From positions 62,001 through 126,000 of the IMG/VR virus record IMGVR_UViG_3300023278_002893: DNA of 64,000 nucleotides; one strand, 5' to 3'. The translations under genes and the position numbers were made by a program. The first letter of the stretch is position 1, and every line of letters starts with the position of its first letter. Shown here piece by piece: positions 9,401 through 16,781 of this stretch. Below the pieces are notes generated by a model. It was given only the letters and a program-made list of their open reading frames with translations. It was not told the origin of the DNA and searched no databases.

Positions 9401-9510
9401 GCTACCCAGACCATAAAGACCTGGGCAGCGGGGCGGGCGGATGTTTCCGCCGCTCTCCACCAGTAAGTTTTAGGTTCTTACAAACCCGGGATGTTAATCC
9501 CCGACCAGCC
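9401..9510 (-). other. Structured intergenic element (three hairpins plus a predicted H-type pseudoknot)
   Basis: Minus strand: CGGGGAT/ATCCCG hairpin; GGGTT-T-GTAAG-AACCT-AAAA-CTTAC pseudoknot; GGCGGA/TCCGCC hairpin; GCTGCCCAG/CTGGGTAGC hairpin. Confidence 0.35.
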
Positions 9511-9515
9511 TGAGT

Positions 9516-10010
9516 TTATAGTCTGCTCAAGACTCCGCGGTACCAGGGTGAGTTTATAGTCATTCCAGGACTTATCTCCCCGTCACCCAAGCGTAATCGC
9601 CTGAGCGAGTTCGTGCGTTTCCGTTTAAGGAGCCATTCTTGTCTTCTCTTTTCGACACGTAATTCATTTGCGCTCAACGGTTCGATATATGAGCAGTTAC
9701 TTCCTTCCTTCTCAAAGAATAATACGTTGTCCGTCCCGTAATAGCAAGCAGGTTTCTGTAAGTCAGTGCGGGGATTAGGATTAGTCTGCTCCACGCCTAT
9801 GCCTTTACAGGAGTAGGGGAAGCAATCGCGCACCTTCCTACGAGGGCCTCGGGGATCGTGGAAAATAATCCCAGGCCCTGTATTTCCTGTGGTTATTCTA
9901 AGGGTAGGCCTGGCAGTAACTCTTCTACCAGGACCTTCCGCACTAACTGGAAGGGTTATTAAGAAGATAAGGCATGCTAGTTTCAAAAACAGTGACCATC
10001 TCATCCTCAA
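9516..10010 (-). CDS. Hypothetical protein with predicted signal peptide
   Basis: N-terminus MRMRWSLFLKLACLIFLITLPVSA; several Cys. Confidence 0.55.
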   Translation of the reverse strand: MRMRWSLFLKLACLIFLITLPVSAEGPGRRVTARPTLRITTGNTGPGIIFHDPRGPRRKVRDCFPYSCKGIGVEQTNPNPRTDLQKPACYYGTDNVLFFEKEGSNCSYIEPLSANELRVEKRRQEWLLKRKRTNSLRRLRLGDGEISPGMTINSPWYRGVLSRL

Positions 10011-10282
10011 ACCCTCACCAAGTCAGCAGGTACGGTTAGGCATAATTCCCCATCGAAGTCTTGAACATCCGAATCGGGATCACATAGCAATCCATAGACC
10101 TTACCGGGGAGTATTTTACCGTCGAACCATTCCGGGGGCAGGATTCCATCCTTAACAACGTCTTCCGCCTCTTCCCGCGTGAGATAAACAATCCCCCCTA
10201 TAGCTTTCCGAGGGTTAGGATCTTCATCAAAATATTGTTCGTAGGCGACGGGATTACCCACCGTGTATGCATCAGGTTTCAT
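10007..10282 (-). CDS. Hypothetical protein
   Basis: Preceded by AGGAG; overlaps next gene. Confidence 0.6.
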   Translation of the reverse strand: MKPDAYTVGNPVAYEQYFDEDPNPRKAIGGIVYLTREEAEDVVKDGILPPEWFDGKILPGKVYGLLCDPDSDVQDFDGELCLTVPADLVRV

Positions 10283-10294
10283 TTTAATTCTCCT

Positions 10295-10585
10295 CTATAA
10301 TTGGCAAATCCACCAACAACTAACGCCCGGGGTCTCTACAGGCTTACCTTGCGCACGGATCCGATCCATGGCATCGGGATCAACCATTTTACCACCGCAG
10401 CCCCAACACATAGCGACAACTATACCAGGCATAATCTCCTCGTCCAGTACCCTATCGTGGTGTGGGTGCATGGTTGATGTCTTCGGGCAATTCTTATGAC
10501 TTACCCAACCAGAGCCGGGTATATTTTCCAAATCCTCGTAGGGTATATAGCCCTCGTCTTTGAGATATTCCAGGAACTTATTCAT
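10295..10585 (-). CDS. Hypothetical protein (CxxC)
   Basis: ORF track; fits the operon. Confidence 0.55.
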   Translation of the reverse strand: MNKFLEYLKDEGYIPYEDLENIPGSGWVSHKNCPKTSTMHPHHDRVLDEEIMPGIVVAMCWGCGGKMVDPDAMDRIRAQGKPVETPGVSCWWICQL

Positions 10586-10590
10586 GATTT

Positions 10591-10767
10591 CTACCTACCC
10601 ATAACAGCTGCAAATGCGTCCTCTTTCGTAGCAAATCTCTGCCCCACCCATTCAAAAGTCTTAGGGTCTTCTTTGGTGGGCAACGCGAGACGCCATGCCT
10701 CCTCCCAATACCAATAACTTATAGTGTATTCGTCGGTATGCGCGCTGCTGAAATCTTCTATTGTCAT
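10591..10767 (-). CDS. Small hypothetical protein (58 aa, not in ORF track)
   Basis: MTIEDFSSAHTDEYTISYWYWEEAWRLALPTKEDPKTFEWVGQRFATKEDAFAAVMGR*; ATGA overlap with upstream gene; fills the gap. Confidence 0.55.
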   Translation of the reverse strand: MTIEDFSSAHTDEYTISYWYWEEAWRLALPTKEDPKTFEWVGQRFATKEDAFAAVMGR

Positions 10768-11048
10768 AGGAATCTCTGACCTCCGGGGTATTTAGTGTAA
10801 TAAACTATTCCGCCGACCCAAAATAAATTGCCGATGAAAAGAAGTAAGCCTCCCCACCAAGACCATGACTGCTCCAGGTGTGAGTAGTAGTATAGATTCC
10901 AAGCACCCCAGGATGTAAAGAAAACCGTAGCATACTTAGACACGCCCGCCACCATCTTATCTTTACATACCTGCCTGAAGTGATCGAAGACGGCAAAGGC
11001 CCCAAGGAATTCAAATATACCATTTATCATGTCAGGCATGTCAGTCAT
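10764..11048 (-). CDS. Small 3-TM membrane protein, PQ-loop/SemiSWEET-like
   Basis: Three hydrophobic segments with a KDKMVAGVS loop and WNLYYY. Confidence 0.45.
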   Translation of the reverse strand: MTDMPDMINGIFEFLGAFAVFDHFRQVCKDKMVAGVSKYATVFFTSWGAWNLYYYSHLEQSWSWWGGLLLFIGNLFWVGGIVYYTKYPGGQRFL

Positions 11049-11255
11049 TTAGTTCTCTTTTCCTTTGGAATGAGTGTGTCTTACCGCAGTGCCGGGAAAC
11101 ACAACCCCGCCTAAATTATTCGCGGCGAAATTATATGCTTCGACCGAATCATCGAAGGTGCCCAACAACACATGTCCCTCTAAAGTAAGTCCATAGACAA
11201 AGAATACAGTTTTTATCTTTAAATCTGAGTCTCTATCTGATATTTCATAAGTCAT
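11049..11255 (-). CDS. Hypothetical protein
   Basis: GAGGAG RBS; ORF track. Confidence 0.55.
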   Translation of the reverse strand: MTYEISDRDSDLKIKTVFFVYGLTLEGHVLLGTFDDSVEAYNFAANNLGGVVFPGTAVRHTHSKGKEN

Positions 11256-11291
11256 TTACTTCTCCTCAAAAGTTCTACCTAGTACCTTGAT

Positions 11292-11463
11292 CCTAGTCCC
11301 TGAAAGAAACGAAGGGGGTTTCCAGACATATCCTCAGCCCAAATACAAATGGAACTAATAGCCTGAGTAATGTTCAGCCAACCAAACAAAGGCGCACTCG
11401 CTCCAAGACTAGTTCCATTTCTCATAACAGACTTTATAGCCCGTTGGAATCAGGTGGGCCAGG
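11292..11463 (-). ncRNA. Putative structured non-coding RNA (unidentified)
   Basis: ~220-nt gap in a dense operon. Nested stems on the minus strand: AAATGGAACTAGT/ATTAGTTCCATTT (13 bp), ACGGGCT/AGTCTGT, TTCCA/TGGAA, CCTGA/TCAGG, CCTGG/CTAGG; G:U pairs favour the minus strand. Confidence 0.35.
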
Positions 11464-11473
11464 CCCATCTATC

Positions 11474-12049
11474 CTAACTTACCAGAGATTCAAGCTTCTC
11501 AATTCTTTTTAGAGCACAATCCACACTGCTTTCGTTGTACTCCACCTGATTCAAAAACTTCCTAACAAAAGCACCCACATGATGAGCTGCGGAAATCCTA
11601 AGATCCCGAGGAGCATGGGTCAAACGTACTGTACTCCCCTCCAACCAAACATGTCTCATTTCAGGACCTTCTATACGATCTGGATCATTTTTCTCTACCC
11701 GGAAAAGATGGGCAACTATGTACCAATTAGTACTAAGTTTAGAATATCCCAATCGCCAGAAAAATAAAGCCCCTGTCGCATCCTCGTGAAAACAAAGTCG
11801 GTATTGACTATCTGTCGCAGGATCTGTATCCTCTTTAAGTATGAAAGGGTACCCAACCTCAAAATCCCTGAGCTTGTCCTCCAAGACTTTATAGAAATCT
11901 GTTACCCTTTCGGTCTTCGTGTTTATAGATTTGGAAAGATCTTCCAGTTTCTCTAACGCCACCTCAGTCTCCGACAGTTCCAACAAAATTCTCTTGTCGC
12001 GGTCACCGTCTATATACTTAGTTCGTTCTTCTTCTGTTTCGAATTCCAT
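11474..12049 (-). CDS. Hypothetical protein
   Basis: AAGGAGG RBS, 191 aa. Confidence 0.65.
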   Translation of the reverse strand: MEFETEEERTKYIDGDRDKRILLELSETEVALEKLEDLSKSINTKTERVTDFYKVLEDKLRDFEVGYPFILKEDTDPATDSQYRLCFHEDATGALFFWRLGYSKLSTNWYIVAHLFRVEKNDPDRIEGPEMRHVWLEGSTVRLTHAPRDLRISAAHHVGAFVRKFLNQVEYNESSVDCALKRIEKLESLVS

Positions 12050-12091
12050 TTTGGATTCCTCCTTTTTGTCCAGATTCCTCTGGAAATAAAT

Positions 12092-12455
12092 GCCCAGAAT
12101 TCTGTTGCCAGGGACTGGGCGACCCCCGCATACGTTATAGTAGTATCAGTACTTTACGCTGCAAATGCAAAAGACTCTACGAGGGTCTCGGTAGAACCGA
12201 ATTCCTTCGCGGCCAAATCTCTTGCGTACTCTACTAGAGAGTTAGTTTTGCCAATTGAAACATTTAGGATTTTTAACGAGGCCATCCTAAATCCTCGGGC
12301 TGCGTTCTCTACTTATTCCGTCCAGTCGATTCCAATTCTCCCCCAGTAATACTATACACACTCTGGTGGAGGAGGGGGGTGTCGAACCCCCGTGCTGATA
12401 CCGTCGTCAGAAGAGACCGAATAACAGCCATCTTGTACCTATACTCTCTTGTACA
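12092..12455 (-). ncRNA. ssrA: Circularly permuted (two-piece) tmRNA
   Basis: Acceptor piece first: ...GGCTGT...CAC-GGGGG-TTCGACA-CCCCC-CTCCTCC-A-CCA, ending at 12364. Then a 19-nt spacer. Coding piece from 12344: GGGGGAG-AATTGGAATCGAC...GCAGCC, pk1 (CGAGG/CCTCG, TTTAGGAT/ATCCTAAA), tag ORF, terminal pseudoknot. Acceptor stem GGGGGAG/CTCCTCC has the G3:U70 alanine identity pair. Outer ends are approximate. Confidence 0.92.
12154..12252 (-). other. tmRNA tag reading frame: (A)GKTNSLVEYARDLAAKEFGSTETLVESFAFAA*
   Basis: Resume codon GGC follows pk1 and TTCAATT; 32 codons then TAA; ends in the hydrophobic-AA degron. Confidence 0.85.
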
Positions 12456-12469
12456 GGTTCTACATATTT

Positions 12470-13132
12470 TCATCTCTTTAGACATAACTTCGGGTTGTAA
12501 AGCAAATTCCCCAAATTTTCCTCAATACGAACATCTGACCAACTGTCATTCCCCCTATCAAAAAAATCAAGATTTTTTAAGACGTAGCTGATAGCATCTT
12601 CGTATTCCCGTACGTTAATAATTTCACTCCCCAACGTAAATAGAAGGGGGCCAGCGCCGAGATGTTTACAACCCACTGTATAATTACAAATCTCTGCTAG
12701 TTGCATAAGACGCGGATGAATTATTTCCAATTCAATGTATTGTTGATGGTCTTTTTCTTTGGAACACATAGATTCAGATGGGGATTGTCTCTTTAATGTT
12801 AATGCACGTTTTGATTTTTTAATATAATCAGCAGCTCTCTTAAAAACGCCCCAAGTGAGTAGGGACGGCGTGGATTTTGGATCGTAGAGAGCGAAGTATG
12901 CCTGATAATAAAATACTAATCCACTCAACTCAAGAGCCTGGGAATTCAACTCAAAAGCCTGAGAAGTCAACTTAAGAGCCTGGTAATTTCTGCTCAGAGA
13001 CATGATTGCTACTATCAGAGATAATATCGCCACAAAAATGGCGACCCATGTTCCCATTTCTTCGGGCATGTTTAACTCCCCCAATCCCCAAGGAATTGAT
13101 ACATTATAAAACTCTGCCAAGATGTCACACAC
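12470..13132 (-). CDS. Hypothetical membrane-anchored protein (AT-rich)
   Basis: TM segment WVAIFVAILSLIVAIMSL followed by a heptad repeat. Confidence 0.6.
   Translation of the reverse strand: MCDILAEFYNVSIPWGLGELNMPEEMGTWVAIFVAILSLIVAIMSLSRNYQALKLTSQAFELNSQALELSGLVFYYQAYFALYDPKSTPSLLTWGVFKRAADYIKKSKRALTLKRQSPSESMCSKEKDHQQYIELEIIHPRLMQLAEICNYTVGCKHLGAGPLLFTLGSEIINVREYEDAISYVLKNLDFFDRGNDSWSDVRIEENLGNLLYNPKLCLKR
12925..12987. repeat. Three imperfect 21-bp tandem repeats within a CDS
   Basis: tcaactcaagagcctgggaat / tcaactcaaaagcctgagaag / tcaacttaagagcctggtaat. Confidence 0.7.
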
Positions 13133-13148
13133 AACCTGTTCTCCTTAC

Positions 13149-13316
13149 TTAATTCTTCGCAATAAAACCCGCAGCACCCCTATAATATTCCCTTACCACA
13201 CCACCAACTTCTTTTGCTTTTCTCTCAGCCTTTTCTTTATCTTTGAACTCGTCAGATATTTTTTCTTTACCTTCTGAATCTGTTCTAACTACTACATACC
13301 GAATCCATTTATCCAT
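13149..13316 (-). CDS. Small hypothetical protein (55 aa, not in ORF track)
   Basis: MDKWIRYVVVRTDSEGKEKISDEFKDKEKAERKAKEVGGVVREYYRGAAGFIAKN*; GAAGGA upstream. Confidence 0.55.
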   Translation of the reverse strand: MDKWIRYVVVRTDSEGKEKISDEFKDKEKAERKAKEVGGVVREYYRGAAGFIAKN

Positions 13317-13318
13317 AT

Positions 13319-13744
13319 CTAAAATCCTTCCCGCTGTCGATTCTTATCCATTGACTTCTTTAGATACTCTATTGAGGTTCGTAATCTTCTTGGGCTATCT
13401 CCAAAAAATCCTAGTCCAGAATTACAATTACCACAAAGCAAGCCTCTGACCTTCCCACTTTTATGGTCGTGGTCTATCACTAACTTCTTAGTGGAATCTA
13501 AACAAATAGCACAACTATCTTCTTGTTCCCAGACCATCCTGTTATAATCATCCTGGGAAAGTCCATACTTATGTAGCCGGGCGCGATTACTTTTACAATC
13601 CTTACATCTATGGTCGAACTCATCGTTCGTGTTCGGATCTCTATCGAAACTACTATGTGGTCGATGTTCGTGACAGCAGTCGCAGTATTTATTCTCGGCA
13701 AGATCTACGTCTGGTAAGCCAAAAAGACGGAACTGGGTGGCCAT
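13319..13744 (-). CDS. Endonuclease VII family (His-Me finger) nuclease
   Basis: KYGLS..DY..M...Q..CAIC...LVIDHDHKSGKVRGLLCGNCNSGLG. Confidence 0.85.
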   Translation of the reverse strand: MATQFRLFGLPDVDLAENKYCDCCHEHRPHSSFDRDPNTNDEFDHRCKDCKSNRARLHKYGLSQDDYNRMVWEQEDSCAICLDSTKKLVIDHDHKSGKVRGLLCGNCNSGLGFFGDSPRRLRTSIEYLKKSMDKNRQREGF

Positions 13745-13745
13745 T

Positions 13746-14000
13746 TTAATTCTTCCTATTCATCACATCATGCAACATATTAAGCATGAACATGAGTCCA
13801 TATGCCTTCTTAAAGAAATCATCTGGTGCTTTGCTAATCCTCTCCCACGCGGCGCTCTCTTCGGGAGTAAATTTACCCTCTTTAATCAAAGCCATGTGTT
13901 CTTTGTCTATCACAAAATCGTAATGGTAATGACCTTCTTCATCTTGGTAAACCTGTATGCCTGTTTTTTCTTCCGACATTTCTATCTCCAGAACACCCAC
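13746..14000 (-). CDS. Hypothetical protein
   Basis: ORF track; start uncertain. Confidence 0.5.
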   Translation of the reverse strand: MGVLEIEMSEEKTGIQVYQDEEGHYHYDFVIDKEHMALIKEGKFTPEESAAWERISKAPDDFFKKAYGLMFMLNMLHDVMNRKN

Positions 14001-14218
14001 CGGGGGTGCTTTATTCCATTCAAGGCGTCATGCTTTTTACGAAGATTTTTTCCGTGGCGACAAATACAATACTGCCAAATAGAATTGGCCCCTGGACGAT
14101 CCATATCATCATCCAGCCAACCTTTATTCTTACATTTTTGACAGTCACGATAAAACATACAAAACTCCCTAACAAGAGACCGTCGGAGGAATATCTCTCG
14201 AATCGCCCATACGTTCAA
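13982..14218 (-). CDS. Small Cys-rich hypothetical protein
   Basis: CQKC..GW...YCIC..G; true start probably MFYRD. Confidence 0.5.
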   Translation of the reverse strand: MNVWAIREIFLRRSLVREFCMFYRDCQKCKNKGWLDDDMDRPGANSIWQYCICRHGKNLRKKHDALNGIKHPRWVFWR

Positions 14219-14429
14219 ATGTAAAAACTAGGGACTCAACCTGGCTCGATTCTGCACCCAAGGTTGCGGTTGTGGCAGGAAGCCCTGCCCGAAAGATCTG
14301 TAATGCCCGCCCTACACACCACCCCATACGGCCACAACCTTCAACAATGTCCTCACAACCCACAGAGGCAACCTCTAAAGCTCCGCTCTCGTCATGTATA
14401 ATCAATGCAAGTCTCATCCCATTCCCCAC
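14169..14429 (-). CDS. Hypothetical protein
   Basis: ORF track; fits the operon. Confidence 0.45.
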   Translation of the reverse strand: MGNGMRLALIIHDESGALEVASVGCEDIVEGCGRMGWCVGRALQIFRAGLPATTATLGAESSQVESLVFTFERMGDSRDIPPTVSC

Positions 14430-14956
14430 TTCCTACGGATAGCATACACCACATCAAACGCATCATCTAATGCGTCGTGAGAGACCTCAGGTCGTCCTGT
14501 AAGCCTGTTTATCTCACCAAGGGTGGGGATATGGTCAAACTCGTCATGGTACATGCTACCGGGATCTAGGGTCCTTCTTAGGAATCGCCGGAAGAAAAAT
14601 TTATTGACCGGATTCTCCAGGATTTGGATGTCAAATCCAGCAACATTCTTACCCGCAGGGGTGAATCTCCCCGAAGGTTGTATCCTGTCCAACCACTTAA
14701 TAAAATCTACTCGTGCCTGATCAATAGAAACAACATCATCATTTCTAGCGGCCCGGTCGAGTAACTTGGCGTTTAGTTTCATGGCGTAGGGCTCAGAATA
14801 GTCGATACGGGGCCACTTTATAACCCGGTTGAAGGTAGGTAGATCCTTCAGATCCTTGCCGTTATCATAGACGGCTGCGAGCTGGAGGACATGCACTTTC
14901 TGCATCTTCACGCCGGTAGTTTCAATATCGATAGAGAGATATGGGAATCTAAACAT
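14414..14956 (-). CDS. DEDDh 3'-5' exonuclease (DnaQ-like)
   Basis: SIDIETTG, GKNVAGFD, HDALDDA. Confidence 0.85.
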   Translation of the reverse strand: MFRFPYLSIDIETTGVKMQKVHVLQLAAVYDNGKDLKDLPTFNRVIKWPRIDYSEPYAMKLNAKLLDRAARNDDVVSIDQARVDFIKWLDRIQPSGRFTPAGKNVAGFDIQILENPVNKFFFRRFLRRTLDPGSMYHDEFDHIPTLGEINRLTGRPEVSHDALDDAFDVVYAIRRKWGMG

Positions 14957-14980
14957 GTGTGTCCTTTCCTAGTATCAGTA

Positions 14981-15009
14981 ATGATAAGGGGATGATCCCC
15001 CATTGTCAA
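14981..15009 (-). promoter_or_regulatory. Sigma70-type promoter with palindromic spacer
   Basis: TTGACA-ATGGGGGATCATCCCCT (17 nt)-TATCAT. Confidence 0.7.
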
Positions 15010-15686
15010 GAAGTTCCTGAAATAGCAACAGCTGTGAGCGACACTCCCGCGAAGGGGCCACCACAATCTTCCCGACCTAACGACACCGGGCCTCCAGAAT
15101 CAGTGACCATATATGCTGTACTAAACTTGTGCATGTTAACGGGCGATGCGTCGAGACTAGTAAACAAGGAACCACTGGGCAATAGGTGAGCCGTGTGATT
15201 GCTTGACTGCGCCATACAAAGATCTACAACTAAATATCCAGAAGGAACAACCATCGTAGAGTCTGAAATAAGAAAATCAGGTCGCTGAGTATTTATAACA
15301 GGCCCTACATGAGGAATGAACGACGTACCCGTATCAATACCTGTAAATACAAAACCAGCCGCGTTCATAACCGCGACGGGGTTATCAAATTCCAACCTTA
15401 TTGTACCACTTGTAGCTGCGGGATCCTTCAATGCTATTATGAAACCCGCAGGGAACGGCTCCCCACCTACCCCAATATTGGAAGCCACCAGCTCCATGGG
15501 CTGGGTAGACATCGACGTCATTGTGAAGTTTGCAGAATGAAAATTAGACCTATCACCATCAACCATACCAACAAACGCATACATGATTTCGGTTCCCGAG
15601 ACGGGAATACCTGTCATGTCAATATTTATGTTGCGCTCGTTGAAAATTGAATTTCTAAGCCCAGAAGTGGTAAGCTCGACTATCAT
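15006..15686 (-). CDS. Hypothetical beta-rich protein, possibly virion-associated
   Basis: Ser/Thr/Gly-rich with repeated xSG motifs like the structural proteins at 50-64 kb. Confidence 0.55.
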   Translation of the reverse strand: MIVELTTSGLRNSIFNERNINIDMTGIPVSGTEIMYAFVGMVDGDRSNFHSANFTMTSMSTQPMELVASNIGVGGEPFPAGFIIALKDPAATSGTIRLEFDNPVAVMNAAGFVFTGIDTGTSFIPHVGPVINTQRPDFLISDSTMVVPSGYLVVDLCMAQSSNHTAHLLPSGSLFTSLDASPVNMHKFSTAYMVTDSGGPVSLGREDCGGPFAGVSLTAVAISGTS

Positions 15687-15892
15687 GCTGCAATTCTTCG
15701 AAGGCCTTTTTTAGTAATTATATAGACAGGCCACCCATAAGCCTTCTTATGTGTGGGTAAAGTTTTATGTAGAAGACCTTCCTTGACCATCGCCTCAAGA
15801 GTCCAATAGTCGGCCTCCCCCTGACGAGCGGTCACCCGCTTCTTACGTCTGGCAATCTTTAGGATTGCTGTTTTATCTGTAATACGAACCAA
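15683..15892 (-). CDS. Small basic hypothetical protein (winged-helix-like C-terminus)
   Basis: AMVKEGLL...YIITKKG; AGGAGG RBS. Confidence 0.5.
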   Translation of the reverse strand: MVRITDKTAILKIARRKKRVTARQGEADYWTLEAMVKEGLLHKTLPTHKKAYGWPVYIITKKGLRRIAA

Positions 15893-15911
15893 AATAACCT
15901 CCTATTCTCAT

Positions 15912-16781
15912 TTAGTAAAGCTTGTTCTGCCTAAAACGATCCGGAGCCACGTAGGAGGGGGCAATTGTATTAGCATTAACCGCCTTTTCTATGTTCTCCA
16001 ACGCCAGATCGTAGTATTTAGGATCTCTTTCTATCCCTGCAAACTTTCTTCGAACATTATACGCAGCAACGGCAGTGGTACCACTCCCAAGAAATGGATC
16101 AAACACCGTGTCCCCCTCCACCGAATAAAGTAAAACCAATCGCCGAGCGAACTCCTCAGGAAATTTAGCAGAGTGATCCCTATTAGAGGAAACACTGCGT
16201 AAATTCCACACAGCAGATGCCCACTTCTTCCAATCTTCTTTACTTATCGAATCAGTCACCGACATAACGCGCTCGTCTTCCGTCCCTTTGTTTAGGATAG
16301 GTAAATCAGGGCGCTTGGGGCTATCGCCTTTGTAATACACCCAGATATATTCCCAGTTGGGAAGCACACGCGTATAGGTGGCTGGAATTCCATCGTGATA
16401 ACCAACGTGTTGGGAGTTCTGCCACGGATCATCTTTGTGCCAGATAATTCTGGACAAAAGATGACAACTCAACCCCTTCATGTGATCAGCAATTATTCTA
16501 CTGACCTCAATATTCTCCTCAATAATACCCGAAACCTTAGAAAAAGCAGCAATGTCGGCGATATTGATTGCTATCTTCCCACCCTCTACTGTGTTTTCCA
16601 CCACATTAGCGAGAACGTCCTTGAGGAGTTGGATATATTCCTCGTAAGAATAATCCTCCTCATATTTCTTCCCTACAAAATACGGAGGTGAGGTAATAGT
16701 GAGGTGATAGGGACCTTTGGGATATCTTTTTAGATCCCGAGAATCACCATTTACTATATTATCCATCAATAAGACTCTCAT
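15912..16781 (-). CDS. DNA methyltransferase, N4-C/N6-A beta class
   Basis: TSPPY catalytic motif precedes HSAKFP and FDPFLGSGTT; SPPY suggests N4-cytosine. Confidence 0.9.
   Translation of the reverse strand: MRVLLMDNIVNGDSRDLKRYPKGPYHLTITSPPYFVGKKYEEDYSYEEYIQLLKDVLANVVENTVEGGKIAINIADIAAFSKVSGIIEENIEVSRIIADHMKGLSCHLLSRIIWHKDDPWQNSQHVGYHDGIPATYTRVLPNWEYIWVYYKGDSPKRPDLPILNKGTEDERVMSVTDSISKEDWKKWASAVWNLRSVSSNRDHSAKFPEEFARRLVLLYSVEGDTVFDPFLGSGTTAVAAYNVRRKFAGIERDPKYYDLALENIEKAVNANTIAPSYVAPDRFRQNKLY

Noticed and set aside
9430-9462. Plus-strand hairpin ending in CTCCACCA, resembling a tRNA/tmRNA 3' end or att site
   Set aside because: No TTCRA T-loop and no matching 5' half; opposite to the transcription direction.
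12364-12400. tRNA-like 3' end read as a tRNA fragment or attP/attR remnant
   Set aside because: It pairs with the 5' half 19 nt downstream, followed by pk1 and a tag ORF. A permuted tmRNA explains it fully, and no integrase is in view.
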